Below, piece by piece: positions 42,345 to 55,434 of a stretch of 64,000 nt of DNA. How positions within the stretch are numbered: the stretch's first letter is position 1; each line of letters begins with the position of its first letter. Under the pieces are notes generated by a model that searched no databases, was not told the DNA's origin, and saw only the letters and a list, made by a program, of their open reading frames with translations. Origin of the DNA: the human T2T-CHM13v2.0 reference genome, Homo sapiens; the NCBI RefSeq assembly GCF_009914755.1, contig NC_060926.1; one strand, given 5' to 3'. A program made the translations under genes and the position numbers.

Positions 42345-42772
42345 CAACTGAACAATGAGAACACTTGGACACAGGAAGGGGAACATCACACACCAGGGCC
42401 TGTTGTGGGGTGGCGGGAGGAGGGAGGGATAGCATTTGGAGATATACCTAAGGTAAATGACGAGTTACTGGTCATTTACCTTAGGTATACATGTATACAT
42501 ATGTGTACGTTAGGTATACCTTAGGTATACATGTATACATATGTGTACGTTAGGTATACCTTAGGTATACATGTATACATATGTGTACGTTAGGTATACC
42601 TTAGGTATACATGTATACATATGTGTACGTTAGGTATACCTTAGGTATACATGTATACATATGTATACATGTGCCATACACCAACATGGCACATGTATAC
42701 ATATGTAACAAACCTGCACGTTGTGCACATGTAGCCTAGAACTTAAAGTATAATAAAAAAAATACATATAAA
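42345..42772 (+). mobile_element. L1PA4-like 3' end with a rearranged 3' UTR
   Basis: gaacaatgagaacacttggacacaggaaggggaacatcacacacc; TSD AAAAATT(G/T)AACAGACT at 42329-42344 and 42773-42788. Confidence 0.93.
42477..42664. repeat. 40-bp minisatellite, 4 identical units plus partials
   Basis: Unit TTAGGTATACATGTATACATATGTGTACGTTAGGTATACC at 42481, 42521, 42561 and 42601. Confidence 0.97.
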
Positions 42773-45700
42773 AAAAATTTAACAGACTGTGAGTAGGTCC
42801 CTGGGGGAGGATTAACCAGTTCTCCCTTTAAAAAAAAAAATCAGACATGCGCATTTATAATACAGTCTTAAATCTAGCCCTGATCTCACAGAGCCATTTT
42901 AAAATTTCCCTCAGACAATGGCCAGGAAAACTTTTTCTTTTCTTTTTTTTTTAATAAAACCTTTGTCATTCTTTTTATTTTCTTAATTTTATTCTTACTG
43001 ATTATGCCATTATATATACTACATATATGTGACATATATGATATCTGATACAGGTAATATACATGTTATATACATTTTATATATATATGAGAAACAGATT
43101 GGTTTGCTGTATGGATATATGAATATATTTATGGAGGAAGAGGCCCACAACCACAAAGGTGTCTAGGGTTCATAAAAGTTGTAATGTACCCCTGTCCTCT
43201 TCTTTCTCCAGCCTTTCCCCTGGTTATTTCCTGCCCACTATTTAAGGCTCAGTTGAAGGGACAACTTCTACAATAAAGCTTCTGTGAAATAGGAGACAAA
43301 AAGCAAGAGAAACTTAAAAACTAGAAATCAGAATTATTGCAGAACACCAGGCTTGCATTGGAATAACCTGGTCCATGCCATGGGGAGAGAATGGAAGCTT
43401 CTATCCTTGCAAGGCCTTTAGGAGAGAGAAATGCAAAATGAACAAAGCTGCATATGTAGGCAGGAGTCAAAGAAAAATTACTTTACAAACATAATGAGGA
43501 ATGAAGGAAATCCATAGAATCTCATTTACTCCCCCTGGTTATGAAGAATACTTCTTTGCCAATCAATTCTCATAATTGATTAGCTAATAAGAAGCTGCAT
43601 TCACAGCGGCAGGCAACAGCGAGTTCACTCTCACTAGGGAACAGCTTTCTCTAGGGAATAAAAGAGCCAGCTCGGAGACTGGGTTGTGAGAGCATCCTTC
43701 CATCCAGAGAGTCACTGAAGAAGCAAACACTCCCTGTTGTGCTATGAAAATACTTTTGACGTGTTAAGAACTTATACTGGTCTCTTTGCAACTCATTCAT
43801 ACTAAGGAAATGTTCCTAGACGTGAAAAAACAACATTACATATAATTATATGTTCAGAACAGATTGGTTAGTTTTGTACTCAAATTTCACCCTTTCATTT
43901 TTCTTTTACTGGAAATGAAAAAAAACTAAGAAATATACATATACATATATATGTGTGTATATATAATTTTATACACACACATATATATATACACACATAT
44001 ATGTGTATAAAATTAAAATCTGGTACCTATCTACCAGACTATTCATGGAATTCTTTAATCAGTAAATAAGATTCACTTATAATTATCACTTTTTTTTTTT
44101 TTTTTTTACTACAGAAGCTTTGAAACAGCTCCTACTCTTTAAGCAATCTCCTATGTATTGTGCTGTTAATTTAATGAAGAAATTAAATCTTTCTTAGTAT
44201 ATTTAGGAATAAAGTTCCCAAGTTTTGCATAATCTCATGAGTTCCAGTTAAGTAGAATGTAGGTATAAATGGTTTCACAATATTTGTGATAATATTTGAG
44301 CTAAGCGTTCAAAGGGTTCAAATGGCAATTTGTTACCAATCATAATCTTGGTAAATGGCTAGTGTCTGTTGAACAAAAGGAAAACTAATAGTGAGAAAAT
44401 CTAAATAATGTAACCAAAATTAAATAGTTAGAAATATTTTAATAGCAAAGTTTCAATCATGAGATAATTGGGCGCTTGTTCACTCCCGCTGATAAAATCA
44501 AAGAAAATTTTATAATGTCACTATGATTTTTCTATGGTTATAAACTTAAGTATTTATCTAACTTCTCCTAGTCTCTTTTCTCATGTCGAAAAGAAGGCTA
44601 GTAACTACTCATTTACACAGTCATCACTATTTCAGCTAATATTTATTGAGTTTCTGCTACCTTCACGACTCGTTTTATATACTAAACATGGATGAGTACC
44701 TGGAACATATTGGATAATATTATTATTTTTGTGGGATAAAGGAAGTAAGCATAGTCTTTTATAGGCTGCATTCACTCTTGAAGTTTTTCTTTCCTACACA
44801 AAGTCAAGAAGCTTTATAAAATTCTTCCCAATAAAATAGCACTGAAAGGTGGCCCTTTGCAGCAACCACTGCACATTCACATAGGAAGAGAGATAGACCT
44901 CTAGTCATTTCCTTTATTTGTATCAGTGTGAAGAAGGGTGATAAAAGTCAACTCACCTGAGCAATAAACCTGAGAGGAAAACTCATTAGAGTTAAGGAAA
45001 ACTCTAAAGCTTGAAACTTTGCAGTTGTAGAGACAAAATATTTTACAGTATATATTAATATCATGAGCAGTACAAAGGAGGCTTATTAGGACACAGAAAT
45101 AGATCAGCCAACCACAAGGTCCAAATGACAACAGAAGAAAATCAAAACCAGAACAGAAAAAGACTCACCAATTAAACCCAACTAAAGGTTTCACTAAAAT
45201 CCTAATTTAGAGGATTTAATGGTATAAATTAGAGGTGCTCTTTTGCATTGAAGGGATATCAAGTGTTTATGTTGTGTAATACACTGAGTAGAATTTATTT
45301 CAAAGCCTGGTTTCCATCTACACTATGTTTTAGTTGACCTTGGAGTGTAAAAAAGAATCATGGACATACTGAATCATGGACATACTGAAAAAGAATCACT
45401 GACATACTGAAAAAGAGATACAGTAGGGTCATCAACTATCTGTTGCCTAAAATGAGTTCACCAGCAAGAAATGCCTCTTACAAAATTAGAGAAGAACAAG
45501 GCCAACCCCTGCTCTGTTTGGACCATCCCTAAAAATAAATGTCATGAGCTTAAACACTGCATATTGAAAAAGAACATTTGCAAGCATGCACCTCTCTGTT
45601 GGTGCTTTTTACATGTGACTCATTGAGGAATGCATTGTCTTCAAATTGTTCTGCTTTTTTTTAATATATCTGCAACTTTTTTATATTTCAGAGGTGATGT

Positions 45701-46273
45701 TTCCACCCAAAATCTAACTGTGATTACTGCAGGCTACAAACTTATTTGGTAATTGTTTTGCTTCTTGTAATTTCTTTTTATAAAACCAGGTTCTAAACTC
45801 CTCTCACTTCCCATCATCAAATTGGTTCAGTTTGTTTTAGAAAACATTTTGGTATTTATAGCTTAATTTCTGCTGAAATTATACTGCACCAAGTTAGAGT
45901 TTAATTCATTTCTTTAAAGGTTGCTACTAGTTTAAACTTCATTATGTTTCAGAGGTAATTTGTCCACCAGATTTGTTTTAGACACATTGTTTTTAAATCA
46001 CAGGTGCATTTTTAAAAATCAAGGTTTTACATAATTTCAAAAAATTGGGTCATGTTACATTTACTTTTTGTACACAGTTCAGTTCGATTCTCCTTGCTAT
46101 TTCTAAAAGGACTACTATTCAACAGAGCTCTCAAATCAATGCAACTCATTCAGGGAAGAGGTATTTATGCTCTATCTTTTGCATCCAGCTACAAAGTAGA
46201 ACTACAGATTGCTACAGGAATCATAATACTACAGAACAATTACATTGATCATGCAGTAGATATAATTGGGCAG

Positions 46274-46582
46274 GTTTGTTGTTTGTTTTGTTTTGTTTTT
46301 GAGACAGAGTCTCACTCTGTCATCCAGGCTGGAGTGCAGTAGCACCATCACAGCTCCCTGCAGCCTCGACCACCAGAATCAGGTGATCCTCCCACTTCAG
46401 CCTCCCAGGTAGCTAGGACTACAGGTACACTGCACCATACCTGGCAAATTTTTTGTGTTTTCTGTAGAGAAGAGATTTTTCCATGTTTCCCAAGCTGATC
46501 TCAAACTCCTGAGCTCAAGCAATCTGCCCACCTCAGCCTCCCAAAGTGCTGGGATTACAGGTGTGAGCCACCACACCTGGCC
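46274..46582 (-). mobile_element. AluJb-like
   Basis: Full dimer; TSD TAATTGGGCAG at 46263-46273 and 46583-46593. Confidence 0.9.
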
Positions 46583-49328
46583 TAATTGGGCAGTTTTAAT
46601 TTCAAACTAAAAGTTACAAATTTCACTAAGCACTAATAAATGCTAAAACAGCAATCATTCCCAAAACCAAAACTAAACTATTTTAACTAAAATAACATCT
46701 TTTTAGTTAATAATTCCCCTGGCTGTGCCAAACAAGGAAGGATCATGCTTGAGAAAAGAGAAGAAGAAAAAAGCACTGTGATTTGATGAGATGTGTGCTA
46801 CCCAACTCAAACGCAGTTTTGCCTCTTTGCTGTGGGTGCTGGTGTAAGGAAAGAATCCCTCTGGGCCCCATGCATATCCTCATATGTATCCTCATGAGCC
46901 TGGCCCAGATGATGTTCCAGGTTCTTTCCTAATGACTTTTTACAACTATTAGTTTACTCTTAAATAAAGAGCAGAATTGGGTTCATTTCAGACCTCTGCT
47001 TTAGATCTGCTGAGGAGGAAGTTTCTTAGTCACATAAGTATCTATAGCTAGGTGTATTATCGCCACATTTGGTATTAAGTTGTGACTTAATAACATAATG
47101 AAAATTTAGAATAGATTAGGTTTATTAAATAAAATGCATCGGCCTGTTATGTCAAGACTGTCTCTGAAACTGCTAGGATTCCGAGCAATTGTTTGATGGT
47201 ATACTCTTACTTGAATGTGGAATTGTTCCTGATTGGCTTACAAAATAGCTCCCCACCGTTCAGAGACCAGGGAGCTCTATTAATGTAGCTCTGGGAATGT
47301 GAAAGGTCCTACCTGCCAAGGCCTTCACTCTGACCACAGTACCTTCACTCTGACCTCCATCGGCAAGATGCTAAAAGCTGCACGGAGAACTATGTTCTCC
47401 CACTTCCCCAGGCACCTCTGATAATTTATGATCTCCCCTAGGGCAGTTTATTCCATGCAGCTTATCTTTGTTCCAAGTGTTTTTCATTTGAAAATTGCAA
47501 ACAGATTGCTAAACTAACATTGCAAGTCTTTAGGGTCACTTGCCCACACCCTAAAGATCTCTACCATTACTTACTGGTTATTGCTGCTGAATGATGCCTC
47601 CTTTATCTTCATCCTGCTCTTCTGAGTGAGTTTTCTGAAATCCTACATCTTGACTAGACTCACTTATCCACTGGCAAGTCTGGGCTCCCCAAATCCTCCC
47701 CTTACAGCCTGTGCAATTTGTAAGCAGTCACCCTCCCTTTATCCTCTTTGCCCAAAGCTTCATGTGACAGATTAAATTCTTGTAATCGCTTTTCCTGTGT
47801 CATTCCTCTAATCCTTTTACCATTCTATTTTGCCTTTGTGGTGTTTATTTCTACCATTTTCAAGTTACTTTACTTTGTATGGCAAATAGCAACAGATGCA
47901 ATGTTCAAATAAGGCAGAGACCTGAATAGGAATTTCAGAGACTCTGTGATAAGGTCAGAGCTCCCAGTAGCATGCTGTGTGACCTTGGACTAGTCAGATA
48001 CGAGATACCTTCCAGGATTCACTTCAAACCTCCCTGTGTCTTTAAAGAAGCACAGAACAGATTTCTCATTCATGGAAGAGTTTCACATAGCAAGTGGTAG
48101 ATGCAAATGCTTGGAAATAAATCGTAGGCACTTATTCCAGCCGTAATTATTTATCTTTAATAGTTAATGTTTTCAATAAATGACCTTATGGATTTCTCCA
48201 TATCAGAGTTGACTTATTTATTGATCCTGATTATTAATATGCATTTTGGTATCAGCATGTCATTTCCTTGAGGGATCAAAGCAAAAGAACCCCAATAAAT
48301 GTAGACTCATTCTCACAACCTTGCTGAAGTCCATCAAACTAAGGGAGGGAAGTAAAAATGTTTAAAAAAATCCTGGAAAAATTAGTCTGCTTCATTTGTC
48401 TAAAACCAGAAAGAAAAAAGTACTAAAGAAAAATGAGAGAGAAAGAAAACCATATTGCCATACTGATCATTCAAGGTTGTTTACCAGAGCTTTCACACCT
48501 GCCTCTAACCACTGCCTCCCTCAAGCCCTCCATTTTCCAGGGATCAGAGGAGGGCAAATGAGATCATATATTTGAAGTGTTTGGTCTCCTAGTAGGGAAG
48601 GGGTCATATAAATCCTCAATGTTGTCACTTACTATTCTCCCCATGCCTTTGACCTTAGCTCACTGAAAGTAATTTATAACTGGTTGTAAGGGCTCCTGAG
48701 AACAGCTTCATCCACCTCAGGGGGAAAGAGGCCCTAGACAGGGAGCACCTGGCAAGTCACACTCCCTTGACCACAGGACTCCCACTCCGCTGCTTGAGTA
48801 AACATAATTATCAAGACAATAGCAGCTGTGACTTGTCTTCTGGTGCCAAGAGGTGAGTTATTGTCCGCCAAGGTGGGAGGCTAAATCAGAATGCAGGCTT
48901 CCCTCCCCACCTGCCCACGTTTACTCCAGAAAGGGGAGTGAGGGGGAGTGACTTGTGCTGCTTCCGAGTCCTATCCTATAAGCCAGCTCCACAGAAAAAT
49001 GTTGCTGCCATTGTTTTTATTCTTTAGGTTCAGGGAGGCAAGAAGGGAAAACAGATGCAGAAACTTCCTTTGAGAAGGCTGATAAAATGATTAACAAGCA
49101 GTCAAATTAAAAAAAACTTAGTTATATCAATCACCTGCCTCATTTTTTGTAATCATCATTTTGTTCTGAGTCATCCAGCCCAAAAACTCCATCTCCACCT
49201 ATAGCCAGTTACAATTCTCTATCAGTTGTGCCTCCTAAATAGTATCTAATTCATTCCTTTTTTTCCGCTGCTGTTGCCTTTACTAGGAGCCTAGTATCCT
49301 GATTTTAAGAACTCTTCAGAAAACTTCA

Positions 49329-49656
<328 letters not shown>

Positions 49657-49879
49657 CTAGAGCAAAGATCCTAATATTGGTACCAGCATATAATGAAGGG
49701 ACAGCTATGAAGAGGACATGAAAGCCTGAGAGCATCCTGCTGTCATAGACACAGGAGTACAGGGATGGGAACTCCAGCCTGAGGATGAGGAAGAAGGTGT
49801 TTAGTTATATCACTAACCAGACACCTGCCTAAAGTGTTTCCTTGGCTCCAGGTATCTGTTCAGCATGAGGCACTTCAGC

Positions 49880-50320
49880 ACACACAATCTAATCTCCAAA
49901 TATTTTTTCAGTCTCACCTTTTATTCCCCCTCCCACTGCAGTCATCCTATAATCTAAATAAAATATAAAGCAGAGACTTCAAGCCTTTGCTGCCCCATGT
50001 CATACCCATTCCCAGGAATACTCTTCAACCCTTACACAATTGGCAAATCCCATTTGGTCTTCACAATTTAAAGGACAGCTCCCTCTTTTGAGATCTTCTT
50101 TCTCTTTATAGGCATCTGCCTCTGTACATCAACAAATGGTTTTTCATCTAAATATTATGTTTTTACGTGACAATATTGTAATTATTTATTTTTTTGTTTT
50201 CCCCACTAGACTGGGTTTTTCCTCCAGGAAAACCCTGGGTTTTAATAATCATTTTATTTCTAGCATCCAGCACTATGACTGAAATATGTTTGTATAACAC
50301 ATATTTTACTGAATTCAAAT
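49880..50320 (+). mobile_element. L2 3' fragment
   Basis: cttcaagcctttgc...ccaggaatactctt...tttccccactagactg...tctagcatccagcac. Confidence 0.55.
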
Positions 50321-50569
50321 TAAACTATATAGAAGGAGGAGGTTACAAGGTGGACATAAGTGAGAATGAGAGAAAAAAATAAGCAAAAGAAATTTAGGAA
50401 TTAGAGATTTTTTACTCATTATCCTAAAATGTGAGTTTATGTTTCATAATAAGAAGGAGAAGGGAGATGTGATATGATTGATGGGATAGGATGGAATGAA
50501 ATGGGATGGAATGGGATGAGTACATCCTTTTCATTATACCTCATCAAAAATAATGCTATACTGTATTTG

Positions 50570-52165
50570 TGCAAAAAAAATGTGTGTATCACTTACTATA
50601 TGTCACGCATTGTTTTAAGGGTTCAACACACATTAAGTACTTTAAATCTCGTAACAGCGCAATAAAGTAGGTACAATGGTTTGGAATCTTTTACGTTCTT
50701 TTGACAACTTCTGACAACTTTTACGTTATCAATTACTAAGAATCCACCAGAGCTTAATTTCTGGGGATTATATCTATAAATATTTTACATATTAGAAATT
50801 AAAAACTGCAGAATATAAAAGAATTCATATGTATTAATTTTAAATAATAATATACATCTTAACATAAATGACATTTTATTTTTGAAAAACCATTTTGCAA
50901 AATAGAAAAATTATTGAGAGAAGTAGCATTGCTTTACATTTTCCAAATCTTTAATGTCTAGTTACTGGAATTCAGCTAAATTTCCACTTCTGCTTCTGCA
51001 TGCAATCTGTTGTGATGTGTCATTTTTGTTGAAGTATATGAAGAAAATCTGGCCTTACCTAGGAATGTGGTTAGAAAGAGAAGTTTTTAATAGGCTTCTC
51101 ACATAATGGTTAATATATATTTTTTATATACCAAAACTGACAAGTTGTAGTTTCTTAAAGGTTAGTAGTTGTGTGGAATCTGAAACTATATCAATAATCG
51201 TTTTCTGCTCTGTTACATTAAAGTCCTTTGATCTACCTTATAGAGTAGAACTATTACTCATGTTTGATTTTGAACACCATGTATTGGTAATTTGAAATGT
51301 ATGGGCTCATTAAATTATGAAGATCTTTCAAGTGTTGAAACATAGTATCAAATATAGCATCCCCCAAAATCATAGCCATTAATATCACCACCAATCTCAT
51401 CTGATATATCCTTAAGTATTGGGAAGCTGCCAAGCTCATAGATGAGTTTTCCAAAACTCTTTCACTTCAAAGCTTGAGTTTTATCACTGGCAACAAATAT
51501 TACCAATTTTTTTTTTTTTAGGTAATCAGCTCACTTTATTCACTTTTGAGACTATGCCTGCCAAATACCAAAGTACAGATGAGCTTTGTTCCATCTGTTC
51601 ATTGTTCTTTTATATAGAAGTAATATTAATGAAAGAAAAATGGCTAGTTTAGCTCACAATGGAAACAATCACAAGAGCTTTTGTAGAGACAACCGTTGTG
51701 CTCTACTGTGCAGCAGAAATGCTTTATAAGGACTTCCCATTTGTTAGACAGAATTTTCTTAAAGTGTACTTAAGAGGTTGAGATCTAATACTATTAATAT
51801 TTACTCTTTTATCAAAAACATTCTTACATTAAACTCTTTTTTTTTCTGCAAGTGTGTGATGGTAAAGAAGGAAACAACTACTAGTGCAGTCTAGTGCCAC
51901 CAACCTTTTGCAAAATCAGTACAAAAGTAAACACAGTGAAGAAGGCAAAATGTGTCTGTGTTGACTCCTAGATCCATTGAAAGAATTTCAGGGACCCCCA
52001 ATAGTCTACACTTGATTGAACTTCTAACTTAACACATTTTAGGGATAAGGAATTAGAGTTCATGAGTTTTCACTCACTATCACACAGCTTGTAAATGGTG
52101 GACACAGAATTCAAACTCAGGCATCTAAGCTCTATAAGATCTGTAGTATGTACTGTTGTTTCACC
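50570..52165 (-). mobile_element. MIR split by a Charlie1 insertion
   Basis: cacttactatatgtcacgcattgttttaag...aagtaggta | cattttagggataaggaa...tcacacagcttgtaaatggtggacacagaattcaaactcagg. Confidence 0.6.
50674..52026 (-). mobile_element. Charlie1 (Charlie1a-like) hAT transposon deletion derivative
   Basis: Minus-strand transposase relic FQHLKDLHNL (ORF 51254-51454); gaagtatatgaagaaaatctggcc and tggaatctgaaactatatcaat motifs; degenerate termini. Confidence 0.85.
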
Positions 52166-52609
52166 ATATCATGCTTTCTTTATTCTTTGGATGATTCAGA
52201 GCATTTTCAGAAGCAATAATCAAATATGTGATGTTCTTATCTGCTATCTTTAGAACCTAACCCCCAGTGAGATGAAACTCTACCATAAACATGTATTCAA
52301 CAAATGACAGACAGAACAGTTCTGTAGGCAGATGCCCAGACATGCTAATTTCTTCAGAAGAAAGCCATAAAACAGAAAGGAGCATGGAGATTGTTGGGAG
52401 CTTAGAAGAGGCATGAATGGTTTAACTCTGCTGATGACATAATCGGGAACCTGCCCAGTTAGAGGCTTGATCTCCAACCTAGGGATCTTAGGTCAACAAT
52501 CTCTATCCAGGCTTAAACTCCATCCTGACCCCAGGGCATGTTACTACAAAGAGAGTCATAGTGGACAATTTGCTATATCAGGGACCAGTCATCAGAGGAG
52601 AGTTTCTTG

Positions 52610-54232
52610 TCTTCCATGACCAATTCTACCTGCCTGTTGTATTCACCTTCCTCATTAGTATTTGTCTCCCTCTCTCGACTTCCCAAAGACTGTGCTCCTC
52701 TGGCCTTTCACTCTTACCATCATGCGCTCCTTCTTTACACTGGATCATTCTTAACATCTTGTCAACTCCATCTAGTTTCACCCATCTTACAAAACAACAA
52801 AACACAAAACTTCCCTGAAGCCACATTGTCCTCCAGGTCCTGCCCATTTCTCAGCCTGTTTCACAGTCAAACATCTTGAAAGAGCTATGTACACACTCTG
52901 CATCCACCTCCTCACCTTTCTGTCACTGCACAAACACTCTCCTCTCCTACAGACTGTATGGAAATGACTCTTTCCAGGGTCTCAATCACCTAGTGTTGCC
53001 AAACCTGCACTCATTTTACTCAATGTCCCTGGTGCATTGAAACTTCTTGAAACACTCTCTTCTCCAAGCTTCTGTGATCCTAATCTCTATTGTCCCCTCT
53101 TACTCCCATTATCAAATGCATCTCCCTGGCTTATGCCAGTGTTTCTTAGCACTCAAGCTTTGCCTACATTACAAGGGGATCTCATCTATTTACACAGCTT
53201 TCAATACTCTCTGTGCTAATCCTTCCAAAAGCTTATCTATTCCTGACCTCTTCTTAGAATTCAATCTTGTTTACCCAACTATTTCCTGGATGATTCCATG
53301 TCTTTGTCTCATTGGCATCTCAAACTTAACATATCTGATAATGAATTCTTAATTTCACCTCTGAAAACTTTTGAAAACTTTCTTCATCATATGTCCTCAC
53401 AATCTCAATAAATGGTGCCACCATCCACCCAGCTGTGCAAGCGAAAAATACGGGAGTCATTAAGTTACTTAACCCTCTGCATCACTTCCAAAATTAAATG
53501 TATTATCAAGGACTCGTGGTTGTATTTCTAAGGAAATGGGAACGTGTGTATCCATGTGTGCGTGGCCAGGGGGCAGGGGGAATCTGAATTCCGCCTACTC
53601 TTCTTCATCTCCACTGCCACCACCACCCTTGGTCAGACCATTGTTTCTACCCACTGTCACCTGTTCTGTTACATGACATCTCTAACTGGTCTCCCTGCTC
53701 TCAGTTTTGCATTTCTTCAATCTCTTTCCATTTAGCCACCAGTGATTCCATAAGCATATACATTGGATTAATATCGCTCCACTACTTAAAAGTCCTCAAT
53801 TTATTTTCCATTTTAGCATCATATTGAGTCATGTTACCCATTATCAAGGAGGCAACAATTATTTAAGTTCTTCCTAATTTCTAGAACACGCCAAGACATT
53901 TTGTTTTAGGGCCTTGGTCACACTTGTCCCATCTGCCTGGAAGGCTCTTCATTTAACCCAAAGCTTTGGCTTCTTTCTACCCCTCAGGCCTCAGCTCAAA
54001 TGTAACCTACCCAGTGAAGTCTAATACTTTATTCTTCATCATGGAAACACATTCATGTCTATTTTGTATCTTGTAATAATTTACTTATTTGTTAGTTATC
54101 TTGTTTATTTTTGTTTCCTCCAGTATCCTTAGCTCTATTAACTCAGGAGCTAATACTCTGTTTGGTCTGCTTCTTTATAACTGAGGTCTTTCACAAGACT
54201 TGGCTCAATAAGTACGCATTAAGCCAGTGAAT
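52610..54232 (+). mobile_element. L2 (L2a-like), RT region to 3' end
   Basis: cacagtcaaacatcttgaaagagct, ggcatctcaaacttaacatatc, aaatggtgccaccatccacccagctgtgcaagc, cctcagctcaaatgt. Confidence 0.8.
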
Positions 54233-54340
54233 AATATTCTATCCTATCTCGTGATGTCTAGTCTACTGTGTGAAATTTAGAGAAAACTTTCCTCTTAAAA
54301 AATTGTATACTATATATGATGGTCTAAAATAGAATCAGGG

Positions 54341-54650
<310 letters not shown>

Positions 54651-54859
54651 TAAAATAGAATCAGGGTCTAAACCCAACCACTGTTAAAATTATGGTTGGG
54701 TTTCAAAGAGCTATATGTTGACTTTTGGATTTCAAATGTTCATTGTTACTCTGATAGGTGAGTTTAAATTTGTTTTAATATGTGTCACACTCCTAGGTAC
54801 TTTTCTAAATACTTTGTATATTTTAATTTATCTTTTCACCCAATAGCCTCATGGAATAG

Positions 54860-55341
54860 TGAAAGAAACCAAAATGTTCACCCCAAAATATTGAGGATTG
54901 CTAATGACACTGAAAACTCAGGGAAACACTCTGCCTCCACTTCTATTTGCCTGATCACAGGACATAAATCCTTCCTTACTGAAAACAGCACTTGTGTGTT
55001 GTCCCAGAGAAGGCACCAGCAGGCACCAACAGGATCTGGAAACTGATTTTACCATCTTTCCACATTCTCCCACCTTTTAAAAGACCAAAATTGCTCTCTC
55101 CTTTGCCTTGCCACTAAGTAGGATTTCTGGCTCTTTGTGAAAATACTATTTAAGCAAACCCTCTAAGCTACCACCTTGAGAGAGAAATACTTTTGAGTAG
55201 AGGCCTTTCCCACACAATTGGTACAGTGTACATTAATGTATTTCTGCTTGTTTTTGTTTTGTTAATCTGACTTTTGGTTTCAAGAGAGTATCTCAACTGA
55301 GAACCTAAAAAGGAAAAAAATATTATATTTTATCTTCTACA
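54860..55341 (+). mobile_element. MER34-group ERV1 solo LTR inserted in a MIR
   Basis: tgaaagaaaccaaaatgttcaccccaaaata...ttgttaatctgactttt...cttctaca; TG..CA; 4-bp TSD ATAG. Confidence 0.8.
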
Positions 55342-55434
55342 ATAGGTATGTATTTTATCCCTATCATACAGATGAGAAAATTGAGGCACACAGGGTTTTT
55401 TTTGTAAGAAAGTTGATTAAAATGACATAACTAG

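Noticed and set aside
42481-42664. CRISPR-like array of palindromic 40-bp repeats
   Set aside because: Units are identical and abut with no spacers, derive from flanking L1 sequence, and there are no cas genes in this primate context.
50480-50520. HSATII/III-like (GGAAT)n
   Set aside because: Only a few degenerate pentamers; a simple repeat.
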